DNA from: Candidatus Pacearchaeota archaeon
Lineage (GTDB): Archaea; Nanobdellota; Nanobdellia; Pacearchaeales; GW2011-AR1
Length of the DNA: 10,472 nucleotides
Assembly (NCBI GenBank): GCA_018303825.1
Contig: JAGVXK010000012.1
Coordinates: 1 to 10,472, forward strand
Direction of reading: 5' to 3'
The notes below the pieces were generated by a model, which was not told the DNA's origin, did not search any database, and worked only from the letters and a program-made list of their open reading frames with translations. The position numbers and the translations under genes are program-made. Below are positions 1-7,086 of this stretch, piece by piece (within the stretch, counting starts at the first letter, position 1; each line of letters begins with the position of its first letter).

Positions 1-116
1 ATGGGACATTTTCTGAAATAGAATTAGAAGGGGAAGATGTTAAAAATGTGTTATTTTATATTGTTCAGGATGGAAAAGTTCAGGAGTATAAAGGAAATGG
101 CAGTGCAAGTTCTTGA
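1..116 (+). CDS. 3' end of an upstream gene truncated by the window edge (frame starts at nt 3); product unknown
   Basis: Frame 3 is open from nt 3 to TGA at 114-116 and reads GTFSEIELEGEDVKNVLFYIVQDGKVQEYKGNGSASS*, which is protein-like. It has no start in the window, so it is not in the ORF track. Confidence 0.55.
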   Translation, partial: GTFSEIELEGEDVKNVLFYIVQDGKVQEYKGNGSASS

Positions 117-327
117 AGAAATGAATAGGTTGTCAGCAGGATCAAGAGTGGCTAGCGATATGGAAATAGTTCTTGGCTTGATTCCCCACATACAAAATCC
201 TTGCAGTGATGGAAAAGGGCATACACTAAGGCGGGATTATTTGAATATGGCAAGAGAAATGATTCCTGAGTTAGAAAATCCCATTGCTATAGAAATTTTA
301 AAGGATTATATTGAAAAATATTCCTGA
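97..327 (+). CDS. Small hypothetical protein, about 76 aa (alternative start at 121 gives 68 aa)
   Basis: Part of the 37..327 ORF. The first 20 codons overlap the upstream partial CDS and look like a shadow frame. ATG at 97 follows AAGGA; ATG at 121 lies 4 nt after the upstream stop. No recognisable motif. Confidence 0.6.
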   Translation: MAVQVLEEMNRLSAGSRVASDMEIVLGLIPHIQNPCSDGKGHTLRRDYLNMAREMIPELENPIAIEILKDYIEKYS

Positions 328-417
328 TTGTTCTTAGAAATATTATCTAATGTTCGATGAGGTTAAGTTGTTGCACGGGATAACGATGATATTAGGTTGT
401 TTTTTTGATGATAGTGT

Positions 418-1029
418 TTATCTTAAATAATGGTCTTCCCAGTTTCTCATTGAATCTTCATTCAATCTTATGATTGTTCCCTTTTCTTTGTTCATATATT
501 TCATTCTGAAATAGATTCCATAAACTAATCCGATGGCTATTCCTGAAAGGTGCGCAATGTTTGCAACCTCGCTTGGGGCAAACACTCCAATCAAATCTGC
601 TGCAATCCAAAGTATTCCTGCTATGAACATAGGAACAGGAACTCCTGAAGCCCAAACCATCATCAATGGCTTTAGAATTATCAATGCTCCGAGAATTCCA
701 AATATTGCTCCTGAAGCTCCCAAAGATGATGTGTAGAAATTGATAGCTATTAAATTTGCCAGAATTCCGGAGCCAAGAAAAATTAAAAGAAATCTCTTGC
801 TTCCTATTATGCTTTCTAAGACAAGGCCGAATATTACAAGGGCGAACATATTCGACAGGATGTGCCCTAAACTACCATGGAGAAATATGGAAGTTACGAA
901 TCTCCAGGGCTGAACCCAGGAAGATTGATTTAGGACAAATATGTCTGTGAATCCAGAGATTAACAACTGAAGCATGAAGAAAAAGATGCAAACTCCGGCC
1001 AGTATCAAAGTGATATATTTTACTTTCAT
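418..1029 (-). CDS. Rhomboid family intramembrane serine protease (203 aa)
   Basis: Contains WR motif (QPWRFVTSIFLH), HILSNM, catalytic GASG serine motif and AHLSG histidine motif, with several hydrophobic TM segments. Confidence 0.95.
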   Translation of the reverse strand: MKVKYITLILAGVCIFFFMLQLLISGFTDIFVLNQSSWVQPWRFVTSIFLHGSLGHILSNMFALVIFGLVLESIIGSKRFLLIFLGSGILANLIAINFYTSSLGASGAIFGILGALIILKPLMMVWASGVPVPMFIAGILWIAADLIGVFAPSEVANIAHLSGIAIGLVYGIYFRMKYMNKEKGTIIRLNEDSMRNWEDHYLR

Positions 1030-1031
1030 GT

Positions 1032-1070
1032 TATTATTTCAATATGTAGTATCTACCTATTATTTCAATA
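1032..1070. repeat. Perfect 13-bp direct repeat TATTATTTCAATA x2 (1032-1044, 1058-1070) in the divergent rhomboid/tRNA promoter region
   Basis: Read directly from the sequence; period 26 bp; the spacer contains GTAG-TAT-CTAC. Confidence 0.8.
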
Positions 1071-1077
1071 GCAACAC

Positions 1078-1085
1078 TTTTATAC
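1078..1085 (+). promoter_or_regulatory. Archaeal TATA box for tRNA-His
   Basis: TTTTATAC begins 30 nt upstream of G-1 (1108), the canonical archaeal TATA position. Confidence 0.65.
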
Positions 1086-1107
1086 CTTTCTCATCATCTT
1101 AAATCAT

Positions 1108-1179
1108 GGCGGATGTAGTTTAACGGTAGAATGAAAGCTTGTGGCGCTTTAGACGAGAGTTCGACTCTCTCCTTCCGCT
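1108..1179 (+). tRNA. tRNA-His(GUG): tRNA-His (anticodon GTG at 1141-1143), genomically encoded G-1 at 1108, discriminator U73, no encoded CCA, no intron
   Basis: Full cloverleaf: acceptor GCGGATG/CTTCCGC (U6:U67 mismatch), D stem GTTT/GAAT, anticodon stem AAAGC/GCTTT with loop TTGTGGC, T stem GAGAG/CTCTC with loop TTCGACT. Confidence 0.97.
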
Positions 1180-1190
1180 TTTTGCGGTTT
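1175..1190 (+). terminator. T-tract and short hairpin CCGC-TTTTT-GCGG-TTT at the tRNA 3' end
   Basis: Oligo-T directly after the tRNA is typical of archaeal termination; a 4-bp GC stem is visible. Confidence 0.45.
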
Positions 1191-1240
1191 CTGAACATCT
1201 CTTGAAATAATCTTTCTTTGTTGCATTTGATGATAAAGAA

Positions 1241-1251
1241 AGATTTATATA
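1241..1251 (+). promoter_or_regulatory. TATA box (AGATTTATATA) with purine-rich BRE-like upstream tract for the giant surface-protein gene
   Basis: TTTATATA at 1244-1251 is preceded by AAAGAAAGA and lies about 43 nt upstream of ATG 1294. Confidence 0.6.
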
Positions 1252-1293
1252 CAAACCTTTATTAGAAGTATAAGTAAAAAGGGTTGAAGAAGA

Positions 1294-4200
1294 ATGTGTA
1301 AAGTCTTTAAAGGTTATATCAAGCTGATTCTGTTTTTTTTAGTTGCTATTTTATCTTTTGTTGTCTTTTTATCTTTTGCCAGTGCTGCAAGCTGCTGGTC
1401 ATACACTAGTTCAGGCACTTGCGGCGTCGATCCCAGCTGTATTTGGAAAAATGACTCTTGGAGCTCATCAGGATGGTGCGAGGAAATAAACTGCTGGAGC
1501 CTATATACTCAAACACAATGCGCAAATTCTACATTACAAACTTTGATTGGAAAAACATGCACTTGGCAGCCTGGAAGAACAGATTATTGGTGCGAAAGAC
1601 TAAACTGCTGGAGTCTTTCTGGGACGAATCAAAGCGCATGCACTAATAGCACCCAAGGCCTGTCATGTTCTTGGAATAGTAATTGTTATACAAAGACCTG
1701 GACCCCTGGGGTAAATTGCAATGGTTATTCGACTCAAAATCAATGCTTGAATGCAACCGGCTGCGGCTGGGGGCAGTGCCAGGACCAAGGATGCTGGAGT
1801 TATTCGGCAAGTGATAGTTGCGCCAAAGCCAAAGACCCTTGGAATAAATTAAATTGCACATGGGATTCTAGCGGCAGCGGGTATTGCTCCAGCAATGGCT
1901 GCTGGAGATATGCGTCAAATTCAACTTATTGCGCAACAGGAAGTGCAGGCGCTGGCTTAAACTGCGAGTGGAAATATAATTATTGCCAGGAAAGAGGCTG
2001 CTGGAGCTTTGACTTCACAAATGAAACGACCTGCGTCAATAATACTTTGAATCAGCCTTGCAATTGGAATTCTCAATGGAATACCTGCTCAACAAAAGAT
2101 TGCTGGAGTTATTCGGCTCAAGCAGACTGCACTTCAAAGCCAGAATGCAACTGGAAAGCCAGCGTTAGTTCTGGCTGGTGCCAGCAGCTTGATTGCTACA
2201 CTTGGGACTCTTGGAATGGAGGGAATCAGAGCCAGTGCGAGAGCAATAGTTATGGTTTGAGCTGCAGATGGACGGGAAATCCTGCAGGAAATGCGACAAA
2301 TGGATGGTGTTACAGAGACATATCAACTACTTCATGCTCAAATAAGACAGATGAAAGTTCCTGCATCGGAACTTATTATTGCTGGTGGCAGTACACTAAT
2401 TGGAGCAATGTGAGCCAAGGAGGAGCATGCAGGGCTCCTGGGGAGTTTAATCTGGCGATAAACACAACAATTTTCGATGAGTGGAATCCCGGGTGTTACA
2501 TATTCGATGTTAATTCAACTGACTGCAATAAAGTTTTGGGATGCAATTATTCTAACAGCCAGTGCGTTGGGCTGACAGATACATACGGGTCGAATATAAG
2601 TTTAACAGGAATTAATTGCTCTTACGTCAATGACTCTAATCTATGCAATAGCATTCCTGTTTTAGGCAGCTGCTGTTCGTGGCAGAATGGAACATGCACT
2701 TCAGACAAATTTAATAATGCCTGCAAGCAAGTGGCTGCTAAGACGGAGAGTTCGTGCGAGGATGCGGAAACAAATGACAGATGCTTGCAGATAGCGAACT
2801 CTCCATGGTACATGCCCTGCCAGTGGAATAACGATACAAGCAAATGCTTGTTCAAGGCAACAGACATATTCGGAAACGGCACCCAAAGCCTAACATTAAT
2901 TGACAATAAATTTGCGTGCCAGGCTGCCGGAGGGAAATGGATTACTGAAAATTATTGCGAAGGAAATGTTTCTGTTCCAACTGGAAGATGCGAATATAAA
3001 TTTGATGATGAAGATAACTGCGATAAAGCTTGTTTTGCCTGCGAGAAAAAAGACAGCAGCGGGAATAATGTAAATTCAAGCAATGCTGAAACAGCCTGCA
3101 AAAATTCCAAGTTAGGATCCTGCGAGTATAGAAATGATACGAATGCTCCGAATGGAATAGGCTATTGCAAGGCAAAGGAGCAGTTTAAAAAAGGGATTGC
3201 CGGTGAATGTGACAGCAATTGCGGAGACTGCACATTCAAGGGAAATCCTGCCAATAATGACACAACAAAGAGGCCAAGCTATTATTGCTCTTTAAGCAAA
3301 GCAAATGCAGAAGAAGGAGGATGCAAATGGGCAAATGATAACTCCACTTCGCAGGGAGGATATTGCGTAAAGAAAAGCGAAAAAACTTGCGAGAATGCCT
3401 GTGACAGATGCGAGACCCAGAGCGACTGCCAGAACATAGGAAGAACAAAAATAGGAGAATCAACTCTTGAAAAGGGCGGCTGCCTGTGGGAGGATGGAAC
3501 CAAAACTTGTGTTGCAAATGTCGGAGAGGACGTGGAAGTGTGCTATGACGGCATTGACAATGATAATGATAATTTAATTGACTGTGCTGACGCAAGCTGC
3601 TATGGGGATTCTTTTTGTGGCTTCACTACCGGGAATTGCTTCGGATTTATCACAAATACTACTTGTATTTCCAATGATTGTGAGTGGGTGACAGACAATT
3701 GGGGAAGCTGGTGTGACTTTAAGGGAAGCCAGTGCTGGAAATATAATATAAATGAAACAACATGCTCGGTAAGGACTAGCTGTGAATGGAGCAATGGGAC
3801 TGGAACTGGCTGGTGCGAGCAAAATTGGGATCTTTCCCAAAATTGCATGAGCTTGAATAGAACTGCCTGCACGGGTGCTTCTGCCTCTTTAAATTGCACC
3901 TGGACAAATGATACTTGGTGTGATGGGGTCGGAAAGGGAAGCTCTTGGTGTACTGGTGATGGAGGATGGTGTGATTATGCTCCATTCAAGCCAAAGAATT
4001 GCTGGCAGCAGTCAAACTCAAATAGTTGCAATACTCAATCTGGATGCAATTGGTATACTGACCAATGGTCCCAGCCGCACTGCGAGATAAACTGGAGCAG
4101 AAATTGCTGGAATAATAACAACAATGAGAGCTGCACTAATGCAGGATGCAACTGGAGAAATGAAACAGTCAGCGGGTATGCCAGTGCCTGGTGCGAGCAA

Positions 4201-7086
4201 AAAACAAATATATGTTACAATAAAAATACTGAGTCTTTATGCAATAATGTTATTGATACGAGCGGAGATGCCCTTTGCTCCTGGAAAACAAATCCTTGGG
4301 GAAGCTATTGCGAGCCGAGCTGTTACAATTTGAATAACGCCACAAGCTGTGGAGTTGTTGATGAGTGCGTTTGGAAAGCAGAATCTGGATGGTGCCAGGA
4401 ATCTGCATCTGCAGGCTGCTGGAGTTTATACAACCAGACAAGCTGCCAGGGTGCGACAGGTCAGGCATTGAGCTGCAGGTGGAAGAACCCTGGCTGGTGC
4501 GATCCTAAAGGAGGATTTTCAAGTGGGTCAACATCTGGAGGAGGAACATCTGGAGGAGGAACAGCAGGGGGAGCAGATTGCTATAAATATGACGGGAATC
4601 AGTCATTGTGCACAAATAAAACAATAATCAACATAACCTGCGGCTGGTCTTCTAATCCTTCTCCAAACTGCCAGGTTGATTGGAGCCAGGATTGCTGGGC
4701 GTATACAGGCAATACATCCTGCATTAATGCTGGATGTTATTGGAAAAATGACAGTTATGGCGCTTGGTGCTCCAATACTATGGACCAGTGCTGGAATATA
4801 AATAATCAAACAGGATGCACAGCAACCGGAAAATGCTCTTGGGTAAATCAAACATGGGGAGCCAGCTGCCAGCCTTCATGTACAAATTCTACCATAACCG
4901 GCAATCAGACTCTATGCCGTGCAACAACAGGATGCAAGTGGAACAGCGGATGGTGCAATCCAGGAGCAATGAATGAGATGTTTAATAATATGGAATCAGG
5001 GGCTCCGGTTCCACTAGGTTCAGACACCTGCGGAGAAAGTATTCAGGCGTCTGTTGATATCTGTGGGTTTGGAATGAAAGATATGAATGATGCATTCGGC
5101 TTCGGCTTATTTGTTTACGACTTTTCTAATTCAAGCGTGTGCAACAAAGAAGAACTTTCCTCTTTTGTAATGGGAATGGCTGAGGGATATTCTGGAGGCG
5201 GCGCAGCTGGAGGCTCGACAGGAGGAGGAGGCGGAACAATGTTTGGAGAAAAGAGAACAGGGTCAGGAACTGACAATGTCAAATTGATGGTCTATCTTGA
5301 CAGCGATGGCTCTACGGCATCTGGATGCACAATAGAGAGCAATGACTCATTGCAGGGATTTGAGTTCAAGTTTAAATACAGTTCTGTATGGAATTCAAGC
5401 ACAAGCAAAGCGGTAGAAACGTTCAATTCCTATAAATGCGAGAATGATTTATGGAAGATTGCAGACATAAAAATTAGCGCTTGGAAGAAAAAAATGTGCT
5501 CTGAAATTGGAGGACCAATGATTGCAGTTGACAAGTCAGGGTTAGCCAAGTTCCCAACATTGTATGACTCTATAAAAGATATGAGGGTTTATGTTATAAC
5601 AATGGGCAACACCGGAAATACTACTAATCCGACTGATTCGGCCGGTCCTGGCTGGACAACTCCAGGCTCTATTGATTTTGAGATATTTGACGCGTTTTCA
5701 TATGGCGCAGATACTGCCAAATTTGAAGATATTTTGAAAAAAGGATTTGTCCAAGGGGAAGACTGCTTTGACAGCACAGACAATGACGGGGATACTGCAA
5801 TAGATTGCTCTGACTATGATTGCCAGTATGCCTCTTCCTGCTCCGGACTGGGTGTCAATGCTGCTAACTACACTGACACGAAAACACCGCAGGTAATGGG
5901 AGTTAGGGTTGAGGAATATCCTGATTCGGCATTAATAATGTATGATACTAACAAGCCTGCGAATGGAACTGTTGAGTTTTATGCTTATGGGGACTCCCAA
6001 TGCTTGAACAAGACAAATGATATATTTGATATTGGATTGCTGAGCACAAATGTCAGGGATTATAAATCATGGCATACTGCTCTTGTTTATTCAGGCAATG
6101 ACTCATTAGGATGGCCTCTTGCAGCAGGAAGTACATATTATTACAAGATTAAAGTTTGTGACTCATCAGGAAAGTGCGCAATTAGCAGATGCACAGCCCT
6201 GAAGACAGCCAGCACAACTACGAGCTGCGGATTCTGCAACTTTGTAACAAGAATAAAAGCGCCAAGCGACTGGAAAGTCAAGTATGATATTAACAGAGAT
6301 GGGGTATATGAGCATATTCAGGGAGAGGTGTGCGGACCAAATGCTGGACTGAAAACAAATTACACGACAGGAAGGAGGGTAAACATAAGACTTGAAAAGA
6401 GCGATGGCTCAACCTATATAGAATTTATTAATGCCAGTTTGACCAAAACAGGATTGAATGACAAAGTAAGAACAATAGAAACCAGCGGAGATATCATATC
6501 AACAAGCGCCTTGATTGGATTAACCTCTGAAACAAGGGACAAAATAATTAATAACCTTCATCCTGAAGTTTGCAGAATAAAGGTGCCAGTGCCAAGCGGA
6601 GGAGTCTGCGATAAGTTATATCACTGCGATGGTAGTGGTGCAAATTGCATCGACAGAACTGCTGCGGCCGGCGGAGCTCCTATCAATGTTACTAATTGCA
6701 TCTGGAATGTTCCATATTGCGAGTTCTCCACTTATAAGACAACAGCCTCTTCTGGGGGAAGCAGTTCTTCCAGCAGCGGAGGAGGCGGAGGAGGCGGTTC
6801 AATTACAACAGCTAAAAATAAGACAAATGCAACTTCCCAGCAACCAGTTGATTCAGGCGCCGGAGATGGAACTCCAGAAACAGGAGAAACACAAAGAAAT
6901 CCCATATTTACCAAAGAAAAAATAGAGAAAGGATTGAAAATAGCCTCTTGGGTTGCTGTTGTAGCCGTGATAATCTCGATAGTAGTTGGATTTATTCTTA
7001 AAAGAGGAATTGCGATGAAAATAAAGCAAAGAAAGCTCATAAAATCAGTCAAAGTCAGGCACGGAAAAACCATCCCAGTCAGTTAA
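1294..7086 (+). CDS. Giant secreted, C-terminally membrane-anchored Cys/Trp-rich repeat surface glycoprotein, putative adhesin (1930 aa)
   Basis: Signal peptide ending ...FASA (aa 1-31); about 25 four-Cys/Trp modules; two C-x-D-x2-DND-x-D-x2-IDC-x-D-x2-C motifs; FN3-like domain; Ser/Gly linker; TM helix IASWVAVVAVIISIVVGFIL (6940-6999); basic tail; about 60 N-x-S/T sequons by manual count. Confidence 0.93.
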   Translation: MCKVFKGYIKLILFFLVAILSFVVFLSFASAASCWSYTSSGTCGVDPSCIWKNDSWSSSGWCEEINCWSLYTQTQCANSTLQTLIGKTCTWQPGRTDYWCERLNCWSLSGTNQSACTNSTQGLSCSWNSNCYTKTWTPGVNCNGYSTQNQCLNATGCGWGQCQDQGCWSYSASDSCAKAKDPWNKLNCTWDSSGSGYCSSNGCWRYASNSTYCATGSAGAGLNCEWKYNYCQERGCWSFDFTNETTCVNNTLNQPCNWNSQWNTCSTKDCWSYSAQADCTSKPECNWKASVSSGWCQQLDCYTWDSWNGGNQSQCESNSYGLSCRWTGNPAGNATNGWCYRDISTTSCSNKTDESSCIGTYYCWWQYTNWSNVSQGGACRAPGEFNLAINTTIFDEWNPGCYIFDVNSTDCNKVLGCNYSNSQCVGLTDTYGSNISLTGINCSYVNDSNLCNSIPVLGSCCSWQNGTCTSDKFNNACKQVAAKTESSCEDAETNDRCLQIANSPWYMPCQWNNDTSKCLFKATDIFGNGTQSLTLIDNKFACQAAGGKWITENYCEGNVSVPTGRCEYKFDDEDNCDKACFACEKKDSSGNNVNSSNAETACKNSKLGSCEYRNDTNAPNGIGYCKAKEQFKKGIAGECDSNCGDCTFKGNPANNDTTKRPSYYCSLSKANAEEGGCKWANDNSTSQGGYCVKKSEKTCENACDRCETQSDCQNIGRTKIGESTLEKGGCLWEDGTKTCVANVGEDVEVCYDGIDNDNDNLIDCADASCYGDSFCGFTTGNCFGFITNTTCISNDCEWVTDNWGSWCDFKGSQCWKYNINETTCSVRTSCEWSNGTGTGWCEQNWDLSQNCMSLNRTACTGASASLNCTWTNDTWCDGVGKGSSWCTGDGGWCDYAPFKPKNCWQQSNSNSCNTQSGCNWYTDQWSQPHCEINWSRNCWNNNNNESCTNAGCNWRNETVSGYASAWCEQKTNICYNKNTESLCNNVIDTSGDALCSWKTNPWGSYCEPSCYNLNNATSCGVVDECVWKAESGWCQESASAGCWSLYNQTSCQGATGQALSCRWKNPGWCDPKGGFSSGSTSGGGTSGGGTAGGADCYKYDGNQSLCTNKTIINITCGWSSNPSPNCQVDWSQDCWAYTGNTSCINAGCYWKNDSYGAWCSNTMDQCWNINNQTGCTATGKCSWVNQTWGASCQPSCTNSTITGNQTLCRATTGCKWNSGWCNPGAMNEMFNNMESGAPVPLGSDTCGESIQASVDICGFGMKDMNDAFGFGLFVYDFSNSSVCNKEELSSFVMGMAEGYSGGGAAGGSTGGGGGTMFGEKRTGSGTDNVKLMVYLDSDGSTASGCTIESNDSLQGFEFKFKYSSVWNSSTSKAVETFNSYKCENDLWKIADIKISAWKKKMCSEIGGPMIAVDKSGLAKFPTLYDSIKDMRVYVITMGNTGNTTNPTDSAGPGWTTPGSIDFEIFDAFSYGADTAKFEDILKKGFVQGEDCFDSTDNDGDTAIDCSDYDCQYASSCSGLGVNAANYTDTKTPQVMGVRVEEYPDSALIMYDTNKPANGTVEFYAYGDSQCLNKTNDIFDIGLLSTNVRDYKSWHTALVYSGNDSLGWPLAAGSTYYYKIKVCDSSGKCAISRCTALKTASTTTSCGFCNFVTRIKAPSDWKVKYDINRDGVYEHIQGEVCGPNAGLKTNYTTGRRVNIRLEKSDGSTYIEFINASLTKTGLNDKVRTIETSGDIISTSALIGLTSETRDKIINNLHPEVCRIKVPVPSGGVCDKLYHCDGSGANCIDRTAAAGGAPINVTNCIWNVPYCEFSTYKTTASSGGSSSSSSGGGGGGGSITTAKNKTNATSQQPVDSGAGDGTPETGETQRNPIFTKEKIEKGLKIASWVAVVAVIISIVVGFILKRGIAMKIKQRKLIKSVKVRHGKTIPVS
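1393..2847 (+). repeat. Protein repeat array 1: about 13 modules, roughly C-[WY]-x(5-10)-C-x(4-12)-C-x-W-x(n)-[WY]-C
   Basis: Examples: CWSYTSSGTCGVDPSCIWKNDSWSSSGWC, CWSYSAQADCTSKPECNWKASVSSGWC. Confidence 0.85.
3019..3510 (+). repeat. Three Cys modules of a second type, each starting C-x3-C-x2-C
   Basis: CDKACFAC (3019), CDSNCGDC (3208) and CENACDRC (3388), each followed by C...C-x-[WY]...C. Confidence 0.7.
3541..3618 (+). other. Acidic Asp/Cys putative Ca2+/metal-binding motif, copy 1 (CYDGIDNDNDNLIDCADASCYGDSFC)
   Basis: DxDxD-type pattern resembling the C-DG-DNDCDG-D putative metal-binding repeat of extracellular proteins; spacing is identical to copy 2. Confidence 0.7.
3637..4956 (+). 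repeat. Protein repeat array 2: 12 four-Cys/Trp modules split 8+4 by a Gly/Ser/Thr linker
   Basis: Examples: CWAYTGNTSCINAGCYWKNDSYGAWC, CWNNNNNESCTNAGCNWRNETVSGYASAWC. Confidence 0.85.
4531..4560 (+). repeat. Perfect 15-bp tandem repeat ACATCTGGAGGAGGA x2 (TSGGG TSGGG) followed by a degenerate third unit
   Basis: Read directly from the sequence. Confidence 0.9.
5023..5670 (+). other. Possible beta-sandwich (DOMON/CBM9-like) domain with a Gly-rich insertion
   Basis: Alternating beta-strand patterns and the motif MVYLDSDGSTASG...GFEFKF, reminiscent of the D-x-D-x4-TG...G-x-[DE] motif of DOMON/CBM9-like folds. Recognised by eye only. Confidence 0.3.
5764..5841 (+). other. Acidic Asp/Cys putative Ca2+/metal-binding motif, copy 2 (CFDSTDNDGDTAIDCSDYDCQYASSC)
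   Basis: Same 26-aa Cys/Asp spacing as copy 1. Confidence 0.7.
5872..6207 (+). other. Fibronectin type III-like domain
   Basis: DTKTPQV...SALIMYDTNKPANGTVEF...HTALV...LAAGSTYYYKIKVCDSSG matches the FN3-like pattern (x-T-x2-P-A...L-x2-GT-x-YYY-x-V-x2-D-x2-G) common in archaeal secreted proteins. Confidence 0.65.

Noticed and set aside
37-96. N-terminal 20 codons of the 96-aa ORF
   Set aside because: They overlap a more protein-like frame (3..116) that appears to be the end of an upstream gene; starts at 97 or 121 fit better.
458-950. Short ORFs 458..655, 533..736 and 756..950 on the + strand
   Set aside because: Antisense shadows of the rhomboid gene; no motifs or expression signals.
1032-1070. 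CRISPR-like appearance: the minus strand of the repeat contains ATTGAAAT, similar to archaeal CRISPR repeat 3' ends
   Set aside because: Only two 13-bp units with a 13-bp spacer, far too short for repeat/spacer geometry, and no cas genes in the window.
1155-1179. tRNA-His 3' end as an integration site (attL/attR) for an island carrying the giant gene
   Set aside because: I found no second copy of the tRNA 3' end in the window and no integrase gene; it cannot be excluded beyond the window.
3019-3411. C-x2-C motifs as heme c or Fe-S binding sites
   Set aside because: No CxxCH, and spacing does not match ferredoxin motifs; the extracellular context favours disulfides.
1458-7073. Many 60-120 aa alternative-frame and antisense ORFs within the giant gene
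   Set aside because: Expected by-products of a long, relatively GC-richer CDS; no SD, TATA or recognisable motifs.
1294-7086. Higher GC content of the giant gene as evidence of horizontal transfer
   Set aside because: Largely explained by Cys/Gly/Trp/Ala-rich composition; needs a GC3 or codon-usage comparison that I cannot run.
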